Part shown: positions 54,519 through 64,000 of the stretch, piece after piece
Layout of the letters: each line of letters starts with the position of its first letter
How positions within the stretch are numbered: the stretch's first letter is position 1
Assembly (NCBI GenBank): GCA_963735595.1
Contig: CAVTLK010000005.1
Span: forward strand, 864,001 to 928,000
DNA: 64,000 nucleotides
DNA from: an uncultured delta proteobacterium
GTDB taxonomy: Bacteria; Desulfobacterota; Zymogenia; Zymogenales; Zymogenaceae
Direction: 5' to 3'
Program-made: the position numbers and the translations under genes
The notes under the pieces: model-generated
Seen by the model: the letters and a program-made list of their open reading frames with translations, nothing else
Database searches by the model: none
Told to the model about the DNA's origin: nothing

Positions 54519-54773
54519 CTACATTACTTGCTTCCTGGGAGGAAAGGTCTGATCCATTAGTTCCACCGTAGGGCTACCGTTTTCTTTGACGGCACGGACC
54601 CTATAACCCTCTTCCTGCATTTCTACTACCCAGTTATATACCTTCAACGCATTTCGCATTAGATCGGTTTTTGAGACTACTCCCGTTCTTTTCGCAAGGC
54701 CGTCCATGTAGTTGAGTGTTTCCTGAGTGAATGCGAACTGTAGTTTCTTTAGCTCAGTTTTCTTGGTTTCCAT
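54519..54773 (-). CDS. Ribbon-helix-helix (CopG-like) regulator
   Basis: KKLQFAFT beta-strand, helix, SKTDLMRNAL helix. Confidence 0.75.
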   Translation of the reverse strand: METKKTELKKLQFAFTQETLNYMDGLAKRTGVVSKTDLMRNALKVYNWVVEMQEEGYRVRAVKENGSPTVELMDQTFPPRKQVM

Positions 54774-54837
54774 CTCTTACCCCCTTACTCATCAGAATGC
54801 ATCAGAAAAAAGCTTACGGAAAGAGGGGGTTGTGCTT

Positions 54838-55485
54838 TCAACACACGCATTCTGATAGAGTTCCCTTCGATAATTTTGTGGAATAGCATGTCTTACCCAA
54901 CATATCGAAGAACTCTCTTAATGGAAACCAGGTAGAATAAGGTATATTCTTTATACCGTATTCGATGTTTATAAACTCTTCAGCCTCATAAGGTAGCTTT
55001 ATTTTCTTGAGAACGGGGATGGGTTCGCAAATGCCGTAATGATCTTCAATATAATAAAAAACCTTTGGAGTTTGAAGAGCCTCTCTTATTTTCAGCAATT
55101 CGGAAAGTAATCGCTGGGCACTCTTACCATCATCATAGTCAAATATATTTACCAGGAAGAATACGCGAGTTTTATTGTCTGAGTCGATTATTAGTATCTC
55201 GCGTGAGAGTCTCGAACGAGTCAGGTGCTTTCGAATATAGTAAGTAATTCTTCTTACTTTTTGGAAAAACATGCCCCTAGCCTTCTGAGAGAAGGGAAAA
55301 TCTTGCAAATTCTCTTGTGGTCGGTACCCTATTTATGACTTCTTCTCGGCGCATTCCCCAAACCCATAAATAAGACCGTTAAAGATCTCGTATTTTGGGT
55401 CGGTTCTTGGTTCAACGTAGATGATTTGTGAACCCGGTTTGCCTCCATCTTGAAAAGAGTCATCCCTTCCGTCCGTCCTTGCCAT
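54838..55485 (-). CDS. Hypothetical low-GC protein, start uncertain
   Basis: 156-aa ORF with a probable frameshifted N-terminal extension. Confidence 0.4.
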
Positions 55486-55716
55486 GGGCATCCCCTAAAA
55501 AAATGTCCATGAAAGCTGTTTAGACGTAGTTTATTGTATATTATGCATGATAATAAGTCAAGAATAATGTTGGAATGTGGATAGTAAATATACTTATTAT
55601 TGTACGAGTATAGGATACAATTTTAGCTCCTATTTGTAAGCTTAGTAGCGCCGCATACTAGATGTTAAGCTCATTTACTGATACTCGATCTAAGGATAGG
55701 AAGAAAAAGAAAAAAA

Positions 55717-55920
55717 TCAAACTTCCTCCACGTCAGCGTCTTCCCAATCATACTTAACATTGTCATCACCAATATAGGGATCGAAATCAATATCAATGTA
55801 GTCGAAATCCATAGCCTTATGGAGAGCTTCTTTTTTCGACCCTGCTTTCACGGAAAAGGTCACTGTCTCCACTTTATGGAAGTCTACTATCACTTCAAAG
55901 GTCTTTACTGTGGAGGTCAT
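55717..55920 (-). CDS. Small acidic protein (DpnD/PcfM-like)
   Basis: KTFEV.V..VETVTFSVKA.S.KEAL.KA pattern; GGAGG RBS. Confidence 0.55.
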   Translation of the reverse strand: MTSTVKTFEVIVDFHKVETVTFSVKAGSKKEALHKAMDFDYIDIDFDPYIGDDNVKYDWEDADVEEV

Positions 55921-56040
55921 TTTTGACCTCCCCTCTCTTCCTTCAGCAGATGCTCCTGGAAGGCATGTAAGTCTCCAATGATGCCTGTATCTCCCTATGG
56001 GAAGGAGCCTTCATCACTGATATCTTCAACTATAGGAAAA

Positions 56041-56223
56041 TCACCCTGATCGATCAGGGTGACTTCTTTCATTGATATCTTCGATGCTCCTGAAGGTACA
56101 CGCTTTGGCTGCACCTTCCACCAACTTTGTCAATTCAGGAATCGAGGTATAAAACCACTCCTCACCAACCACGATTTTAAATCCTTTTCCTGCTTTTGTT
56201 CTGCATAGTTTTACATTTGCCAT
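56041..56223 (-). CDS. Hypothetical protein
   Basis: AAGGAGG RBS before MANVKLCRT. Confidence 0.55.
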   Translation of the reverse strand: MANVKLCRTKAGKGFKIVVGEEWFYTSIPELTKLVEGAAKACTFRSIEDINERSHPDRSG

Positions 56224-56515
56224 TTTAGACAACCTCCTTTGTTTCATAGTGTGCCCCTGAGCCGAACAGCCGATAATGCTTTAGAGCAGCGACCTCAAAG
56301 AGGGAAAGCTTTATCGAGATGGGAGGCGTGCACCGCCGATGAAACCGAAAAGGAGGTTGATGGCAAATAAGCAGACCGAAAAAGCAGAAAAGAGAACAGG
56401 TTGGTGAAAAAAAGCTTGACATATTCTTCTGGGTGTTCTATAAAGGTAGTCAAGGAAGGCGAGAAAGCCTTCCTTTTTTGATAAAGAAGGAGGGGCCAAG
56501 AACGGCCCCTCTTTT

Positions 56516-58737
56516 TCATTCAAACATCGAAAACTGTACTGTACCCTTTTTCTCCTCTTTCAAAATAGACTCAACCTCATCGGCTTTGATGGCTACCCGC
56601 TTTGCTCCCTTTTTCTGTTTCCCCGTGAAGGTCAGGAAGTCCACATAGACAACCCTGTCGGAATCGGGCTCTGCTACGATGTGTTCTTCGGTGGTATCTC
56701 CGAATTCGTTGATCTCCGCGACTTCTTCGACCGCATCAGTAGCCCTATAGACAGCGTTCTTCTCGTTGAGCTTCCTCCAGATGTTCTCCGCTCCTTCGCC
56801 GGAGATCCCCTCCATCAAGTGTCTTGGCTAGAGCGGTCGTCATGTCCTCGCCCGATGTCATCGCCAGGAGTCCTTCCTCTGAAAACTTCCCTTCGATGGC
56901 AAGGGACGCTTCCATCTTCTTTCCCATGAGCTGCATTGCCCGTTCCTGCATCGTCCCGGCATAGAAGAGATAGTAGACTTTCACCGGCTTCTTCTGCCCG
57001 ATCCGCCACGATCTCCTTGACGCCTGCCTCAAGGTGAAGACCGAATACCCCGTCTGATAGAAGATCAGCGTCGGGAAGTCGTAGAGGTCAAGCCCCGTCT
57101 GAACCAGCTTCGGATTGGCGATGATCACTTGGATTCCCTGTCTTACCTTCTCCTTCACCCATTCCTCCCGTTTCTCCGGGTCCACCGTAGATCGCATCAC
57201 CTCGGCCCGAAAACCCTTCTCAGAGAGGAGATTTTTCAGCCTTACTGTTACGTCCTTTGTCGCGGTAAACTGGCAGTAGACGAACGTTTTGCGGCCTTCC
57301 TTGACCTCCCTCGTGATGAGCTCGATCAGCTCCCGCTCCTTGGCGTAGGTGAAGTCCTTTGGAAGCTCCCTCGGCAGGGCAATCGGTTTGGTCGGATTGC
57401 GGGGATCGACGATGACCTCGTTGTCGAACGGCCGGTCGGGATAGGAGAGGAGGGTATTGATGTAGGTCCCAAGCAGTGCCTTACTTCCCTTCGCCAGGGC
57501 TTCCCTCACGGCCTTCTTGAGATCATCCTCAACCTCGGAATATGCCTCCTTCAGTTCCTCATCCATCCTGACGACAACTACCTGTTCGGTGATCGGGGGC
57601 AGGTTCGTGGCGATATCCGTAAGGTGCAAAAAGGCGGTCTTCTCCATCAGGTGCTGGGAAAAGACGAGGGGAGAGATCCCCGGCTTCCTCTTGACGCTGG
57701 TCGATACCTTCTTGCCCCGCGAGCACACATTATCCTCAGCAGAATACCTCGTTACCGTCTCAAGGACTCCGTATCGGGCGATCCAGTTGGATACCCTCCG
57801 GTATTCGATGTCCTCCTCCTTCATGGTATGGGGCGATATCCGGTAGAGGATGTAGAAGATATCGTCGGCGTATCCTCCCACTACCGTTCCGGTAAGCGTG
57901 ATGACCTTCTTACAGGCCGAAGCCAAAGCGCCGAAGGCGTTACCCTGGGCGGTGTCCCCTCCCTTCAACTCATGCACCTCGTCACAAATCAGGAAATCGT
58001 AGTACCCATTGAGGTACTTCTTGATGTACTCGGCGACCGCAAACCTCCTCAGCTTATCCTTATCCGCCTGCCAGAGGGGAGACGTGCATGACCGGCAGTA
58101 TCTCCGGTTTCTCTTGAGGTAGTCGAGGCCCGCCGGATTACCGTCGCCGTCAATGATCAGTTCTCCGCATCCGGGGCAGTAGTAGTCCAGCCTTTGACCT
58201 GCTCTTGATATATACCGGCCTCCAGGCGTAGGAGAGCTTTGCCCGGTCCTTGCTGATGATGTAATACTCGGGTCTCTTGTTCTTCTTTCCCCTCTCGATC
58301 TTCATCACGTCTTCGAGGCTTCTCAGGATGATGGATTGGGCGTCCGGTATCGTCTCCTTTACTTCACGAGCCCACTTCTGGGTGAGGTGTCCGGGGCACA
58401 TGATGAGGACCCGCGGGCTCCTCCCGTGATTGGTGAAGATATAGGGCACCGAGGCACCGATGAGGCTCTTTCCGGTCCCCATCTCTCCCACCACCATCGC
58501 GGACTTCTGTTTCTTCAAGACCTCGATGAGCCCCATGATGGTGTCGCCCTGGGCCTGAAAGGGCTTCCTCAAGAGGGTATCCAGTCTCTGATCCCACGTA
58601 GTTCCCGGCACAAACAGAGGCTCCGCCTCGTCCTGAATCTTTCCGGCAAGGAGAGGGCCGTACTTGGTCAGGTAGCCGGTGATGTCGTTGACCTCTCCCG
58701 ATAACGAAATGTTCTCTTCAAAATCCGATGTCTCCAT
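56516..58737 (-). CDS. SNF2-family helicase-like protein of ICE/plasmid backbones (indels)
   Basis: GEMGTGKS, CPGHL.KW.RE, DEVHE, LTGT, LVQTGLDL, QASRRSWRIGQ. Confidence 0.88.
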
Positions 58738-59266
58738 GCTTCACTCCCTCCGATATGATTGAATCGAGTTGATTCTCGCTCGTCCTCAATCTGAGGACTT
58801 TGGTTGTTCCCGACAGCTCCTCTACTGCCTCGTTCTCTTTGAGACGGGCATAGATCCACCCCGCCCATTGGGACAGTGCCGGCACGGAAAAGGTCGCCCT
58901 GATGGTATTGAAAAGGATCTCCTCCGTCTTTTCTCCTTCCGGGACGAATACCATCACCGGGCCTTGTTCTCTCCCGAAAAAGAGCTCCGAGAGCACGATC
59001 TGGTGGAGCATCCCCGAGCCGAGCCGTGAGCTCATGATCCGGTTCTTGTGGTAGTAGGGAGCCGATAACTCAAGGATATCGTTTTCCCTCTCGATCCGGA
59101 CGTTCATCCCCCGTACCACGGCTGCCGACAAGCCCTTGACGGCGCTATCCTGCCCGACGATGGACAGGAGATAGAGCAGGCTGTACTGATCGTAGGCGTA
59201 GCCGTCGGTATGCGCCTCGATGTGGACGTTCCTTGAGTAGTCGGTCATCATGACTTTCTGAAGCAT
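58718..59266 (-). CDS. Conserved hypothetical protein between methylase and helicase
   Basis: AAGGAGG RBS, overlaps the helicase start; LSIVG.DSAVK and VPAL.QW motifs. Confidence 0.65.
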   Translation of the reverse strand: MLQKVMMTDYSRNVHIEAHTDGYAYDQYSLLYLLSIVGQDSAVKGLSAAVVRGMNVRIERENDILELSAPYYHKNRIMSSRLGSGMLHQIVLSELFFGREQGPVMVFVPEGEKTEEILFNTIRATFSVPALSQWAGWIYARLKENEAVEELSGTTKVLRLRTSENQLDSIISEGVKHGDIGF

Positions 59267-59284
59267 CGCTTTCCTCCTTTCCTC

Positions 59285-60301
59285 TCACATGAGGGTGATG
59301 ATGTCTCCCTCCCTCGTGAGGATCTTGATGGTTACCTGATACGACTCGACCTGATGTTCTTCGGTGACCTTGTCCTTCACCTCCTGATAGGTCTGGACGA
59401 CCTTTGCCACCTTGCCCCGGACGATGTGTCTCTCGTCCCCTTCACCCACCAGGCCGTCGAGACAGCCGGAGGCCAGGAGTAGCCCCAGGTGTCCCGAATG
59501 GAGCGGGAGGGGTGGTCTCTTGAGCTTCGCGTTCTTCCTCGAAAACATCTCGTTCAGCCTCTTCCAAACGGGCGAGTTTCTGACTTCCCGTTCCAGCTCC
59601 TCAAGCTCGACGACGCTCGACCTGAAAAGAGGTGATCTCATCACCGGTTGGGACTTCATAGACATCCCCGGCCATGACCGGTATCTCGTCGAGGGCAAAG
59701 CCCGGCACCTGGGCGAGGTTCAGGTATTCGGTCTCGTCCGGCTCCGTGTTCCTTTTCTTTCTCCCCATGACGACGATCTGTTTGTACCCTTCATATTCTC
59801 CGTCCATGAAGCGATAGACCTGGATGTTCTCGAACTTCGAGCTGAGGGTTTTGGCGATCGATTTGTCAAGTCTCGATTGGGGGATGATGTAGACGAGTAT
59901 CCCTCCGACTTTGAGGTACTTGATGGTATTGATGAGAAAGGTCTTTTCCTTCCTCTCGGTCATTCTCTCTACGTTATCTCCCATCGTCTCGAAGTCGTAG
60001 GGCGGGATTGAGCCAGAGGATCGAAAAGGCGTTGTTGCTGATCCGGGCCTCCTCGTATCCGCAGGCAAGGACATGATCGAGGTTTGACTTTGCCTCTTCC
60101 GCTCTCTTCTTGTCCAGCTCGATTCCGTAGGTCTCCGCATGACATCCTCGAACCAGCTTCTTCACCGCCAGCCCTTCGCCGCAGCAGGGGTCCAGGATCG
60201 TCGACCTTCTTTTCCGGTAACTTCAGGAATGACCTCACCCGTTCAACGACGCTCAAAGGCGTCGGGTAGTATCCCATCTTGATCTGACCTTCAAGTCTCA
60301 T
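59285..60301 (-). CDS. DUF6094-type putative N6-adenine methyltransferase (indels)
   Basis: KMGYYPTP, DPCCGEG, YGIELD, LWLNPPY, YKQIVV.G, PPLPL..GHL.LLLASG.LDG. Confidence 0.85.
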
Positions 60302-60365
60302 AGTGTTCTCCTCAAAACGAAAAGGGCCGGAAAAGCCCGGCCCCCTTCTCGAAAAAGGTTGATAA

Positions 60366-60506
60366 TCAGGCGACGATCTGCTCGGCGTAGTATTCAAGCT
60401 CCATCTCGTCCCCGCAGTTGAGGCACACCATCAGCGTCCCTTCGTCCCTCTCGGATAAGATCCAGTTGACCGATCCGCACTTCGTGCACACTGGTTCGCC
60501 ACACAT
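60366..60506 (-). CDS. Small zinc-ribbon protein
   Basis: CTKCG...CLNCG; AGGAGG RBS. Confidence 0.65.
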   Translation of the reverse strand: MCGEPVCTKCGSVNWILSERDEGTLMVCLNCGDEMELEYYAEQIVA

Positions 60507-60570
60507 ATCTTCCTCCTGAAAATAAAAAAACGGGCCGAAGCCCGTCTCCAAAAGAACGCTGTCCTGATAA

Positions 60571-60772
60571 TTAGCTCTTTCTTCTTTCCCTGATTTCTTT
60601 CAGATACTCCAGTCCCTTGTCGAGGATCGCCGCGTTGATCTCGAACTCCTCGATCAGCTTTTTCCGAGCTTCCCTGGTATTCGCTTTGTTGATCTCGTTT
60701 CTCTTGATGATGAGCGCGATGATCCCCAGGGCGAATTTGTCCTGGATACTTCTTTGATAACAACACCACCAT
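60571..60772 (-). CDS. Small basic hypothetical protein (one indel)
   Basis: AAGGAGGTG RBS; MVVLLSKKYPGQI...LEYLKEIRERRKS*. Confidence 0.5.
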
Positions 60773-61363
60773 CACCTCCTTCCAGAAAAACAAAAAGCGG
60801 ACTATGAAAGTCCGCTTCCATGCGGTGAGATCGCTCCCACCAATTCCTATATTTCTATTTCTACAGGCTCTAAATGCCTGAAATAACTGAAACCCCTTTG
60901 CTCTCATCCTCGATTGCCGAGGCAGGGTTTTATCCGATTGGATGTTTCTTCATTATTTAAGAGTGGTAACTCCTATATAAAGGTTTCGGTTTGAAGTAAG
61001 TATTTTTTGATCCAAGTAGAAATTACTTTCCTGAGATTGCGAAAAGATCTGATTGTTCGGTAGTAGGTCGGTTTGAATCGCGCGCCCATTTTTGGCCAAA
61101 GACCTCAATTTAACCGTTGAATCACCGTCCCCGAAAGCTAAGTTCATAGATTTCATAAGTGGGGTGGTGTCTAAGGTATATTCGATTAAATGTGGGATGG
61201 AACAAAAGACGTCTTTTTAGAATCTGAACGAACGTGGTTCGATTAGCAATGGAATTTGGGGTAAAAGTGGTTATATTATACGTGGGATAACGCCAAGGTG
61301 CCAAGCTATCCCACTATTAATTAACCCTGTAGTAATATCAAGGACTTACATTCGGAAAAGTCA

Positions 61364-61393
61364 TTGACAAGTTGTAAACTTGTGGGATATGAT
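61364..61393 (+). promoter_or_regulatory. Sigma-70 promoter with an internal palindrome
   Basis: TTGACA-N18-TATGAT containing ACAAGTT-GTA-AACTTGT. Confidence 0.7.
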
Positions 61394-61430
61394 GTTTCCG
61401 GTATATCGGAAAAGGGTGGAGGTGAGTAAA

Positions 61431-61878
61431 ATGGGACTCACAGCGAAGAATATAGCAGAATACTTTTTGATGAAAACCAACAATGAAACTGGTGAATCTC
61501 TTTCTAATATGAAAATTCAGAAACTGGCTTTATTATGCTCAAGGTTTCCATCTTGCAAAATATGATTCTCGCTTATTCAATGAAGAAATAAAAGCATGGC
61601 CTTATGGTCCAGTAATTAGAAGTATTTATGATGAATATAAGAAATACCGCTCTGGAGCTGTTAAGCCACCGGAAAATGGTATTGACATCAAAAAGTATAC
61701 AAAAGAGATAAGAGAACTTCTCGAAGATATTTGGGATGTATACGGACAATATTCAGCTTTTAAATTATCAGAATTTACCCATCAAGAAGAACCCTGGAAA
61801 GAGGCCTTCGACAAGAGACCGGGGAGCACTATATCGGAAGAAACCATGAAAGCCTATTTCAAGACTCAATTGGTTTAG
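61431..61878 (+). CDS. Panacea (DUF4065/SocA/GepA) antitoxin, one indel near 61530
   Basis: SNMKIQKL.YYAQG...LFNEEIKAWPYGPV...YSAFKLSEFTHQEEPW after frame correction. Confidence 0.88.
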
Positions 61879-61883
61879 TGTGT

Positions 61884-62326
61884 ATGGGTAAGCGGGTTAA
61901 GGGGAAACAAGGGAAAGAGCAGGGACAAATCGTTAAGGTTCCAAAAGTCAGAGTGGAGGACTGCAACAAGCGGACTCCACTTTTTTGCATGGAGTATATG
62001 ACAGACGATAGGTATGATTTGAATTGCTGTGATGATGTCGCGAGAGAAGCGTTTTTTGATGCCCTAAAAAGGAGATGCGTGTTAACGTGGAATGATATAA
62101 ATCAACAGGGAAGGACCGAATTAGGCACAGAAATTATTCCACCCAAAAAGATAAAAATAGATATACCACACAATTTCGGCCCAAACTTGGGTTTAAATAT
62201 TCTTTCTTTACACACCAAAGGAAAAACAAAGAATCGTATTATGGGAGTTAGAATGGGAGAGTATTCCATATATTTTGGTACGATCCTGATGGAAATATTT
62301 ACCCACACGATGGAAAAAACCGATAA
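61884..62326 (+). CDS. Putative RelE-like toxin partner of Panacea (indel near 62255)
   Basis: LTW.DI...G.E.I...RIMGVR then, in the shifted frame, VFHIFWYDPDGNIYPH*; starts 5 bp after the antitoxin. Confidence 0.65.
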
Positions 62327-62390
62327 AAATCTCTCCCCTCCAGTCTATTTTTATTCTTGTATTGCTTGACCGGTCATGCTACAATAAGCC

Positions 62391-62606
62391 ATGACAAAGA
62401 AGAAAACCCCAATTGATATTAATCAGCTCGCTAAATTCATCACCGATCAAGTGACAGAAGAGAAGCCAGTCGAAGAAGACTTACCGGCAAAAGAAAAGAA
62501 TCCCGCTGCCGTAGCTCTCGGAAGGCTGCGGGGGCTAAAAGGTGGAAAGGCAAGATCAGAGAAACTTAAATACGCTTTCTGGTGGACCGGCGTGAGTAGA
62601 TGTTAG
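62391..62606 (+). CDS. Small basic KGG/histone-H1-like protein of IS-associated modules, C-terminus probably disrupted
   Basis: PIDINQLAK.I.D...KNPAAVALGRL.GLKGGKAR.EKL. Confidence 0.65.
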   Translation: MTKKKTPIDINQLAKFITDQVTEEKPVEEDLPAKEKNPAAVALGRLRGLKGGKARSEKLKYAFWWTGVSRC

Positions 62607-63434
62607 TTAAATTGGTCGACTTCTCGTACATTACCGTCGATCTGCAATGTGCTATACGTGATGACATATCGTCTTAGGGATTTATTCCTGTCCACAAACT
62701 GGCGGAGACATTTGATTGATTCTGGACAAGGCACGTTACTTAACTTAAAAGAGTGGCTAACAAAGATTTCCACTGGATCGCTCTGGATATTCCGGCTCTA
62801 TTCGATTGCAAGACTAAGGAAATTGTGAATCCGGGCTAACATCTTGAGAGGCGTTATTCGCGCAGGTAGTGTTTTGAGCACGCAAGAAGTCAGATAGACT
62901 AGTTCAAGATGGGGTATTAAATAACTGCCATTAATCCGGAGATCTCGTCACGAACCCATGCCCCCAATAGGCCAAGAAAAAGAAAGCCACCCGATCGTCA
63001 GATATACCAGCAAGAATGGCCTCATGCATTCATCGAGCCATGCAAGTCGAAGCGTAATGCTGTCACCAGAGGTTTGCGAGGTATGTGAAAAGTGGCATCG
63101 TATGGATATTATCGTTTTGAATCCACTCATCAGAGACTACTTCAGAATGAATATTCGGGAAACTATCCATCTCCCCGGAGGCCTTCACTTATAAGCAGCG
63201 CTTCAAAATTTGGCCCATGTGTAATATCACCCTGAGACTCGCAAAGGTGAGGTCCGACAAGAGCTTTTGATGTTAAAGATGAAACATTACATGCTTAGTA
63301 AAGAAATGTAGTGATGAAGAAATCTGGATATACACAGTTGGCCTATAGAGACAACATGACCAAACGTATCTAGTATTCATTAATACATTTGAATAAATCA
63401 GAATGAAAGATGCCTCAAGAATTATCTGAAATTT

Positions 63435-63872
63435 ATGGATCTCCAGTGTAAGAAAGTCCAGTGCGATGAGATTTGGGCCTTCTGTTATGCAAAAGAAAAA
63501 AACGTGCCGGAAGATAAAAAGGGTCATTTCGGGTATGGTGACGTTTGGACGTTTACGGCTATTTGTGCGGATTCTAAACTCGTTCCCACTTGGCACATTG
63601 GAAGGCGCGACATAGAGAATGCGACGCTCTTCATGAATGATTTGGCCGGTAGACTGGCAAATAGAGTGCAATCAACTACAGACGGTCATCGGATGTACTT
63701 AGAGGCCGTGGAAGATGCTTTCGGGTCCGAAGTCGATTATAGCCAGCTCGTCAAAATATATGGTACATCTCCCAAAGCCGAAAAGAGATATAGCCCCACT
63801 CAATGCAACGGTGCGGAGAAGCATAGAATCAGTGGGAACCCGGACAGCGAGAACGTATCCACGAGTTATTGA
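63435..63872 (+). pseudogene. IS1-family DDE transposase internal fragment
   Basis: VQCDEIWAF, GDVWTF.A..ADSKL, TTDG, DY.QLVKIYG, STSY; both ends missing. Confidence 0.85.
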
Positions 63873-64000
63873 CCTGCCCGCTCCATCCTAACCGAAAACT
63901 ATATAAACCCGTTCATCTTACCATTCCCATGAAGGAGTGGTAACAATGGAGCACTACTATATCTCAAAACTGGAAATGATCCTTGGGGGTCAGTTGAAAG

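Larger units (their letters stand above)
44537..64000. mobile_element. tRNA-Arg-integrated element (ICE/integrated plasmid-like); right end outside the window
   Basis: Integrase abutting the tRNA 3' end, visible drop in GC, co-oriented minus-strand mobile-type genes; no second tRNA 3' copy seen. Confidence 0.85.

Noticed and set aside
61321..61350. Right attachment site of the element
   Set aside because: Only a vague resemblance to the sequence after the tRNA; no tRNA 3' duplicate and low-GC cargo continues.
62607..63434. Possible cargo gene between the KGG-type gene and the IS fragment
   Set aside because: Only short ORFs with many stops; no family recognised.

Overview
The first ~44.5 kb is GC-rich chromosomal DNA of a probable anaerobic Desulfobacterota/Deltaproteobacteria-like organism (inferred from gene order and content). 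It holds a glycyl-radical enzyme 5' end, aroE-pilB-pilT-pilC-pilS, a PIN toxin-antitoxin pair, five stand-alone V4R genes, and an nrpR gene divergent from a nuoE/nuoF/nuoG-like plus FMN-type glutamate synthase operon. It also holds two paralogous 28-aa membrane peptides (one with a sigma-54 promoter), an acyl-CoA dehydrogenase, pyrE, a REC-PAS sigma-54 activator and a TPP riboswitch with thiT. From tRNA-Arg(UCU) at 44461-44536 to the window end lies a lower-GC integrative element. It carries a tyrosine integrase, excisionase, DUF5131, a tubulin/TubZ-like GTPase with a winged-helix partner and repeat array, and an ATPase-wHTH-nuclease fusion next to strong hairpins. Further on are an SNF2 helicase, a DUF6094-type methylase, a Panacea toxin-antitoxin pair and IS remnants. 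Many genes carry single-base indels, often in homopolymers, most likely uncorrected long-read errors; I joined such ORFs by eye. All family calls come from motif recognition, not database searches.
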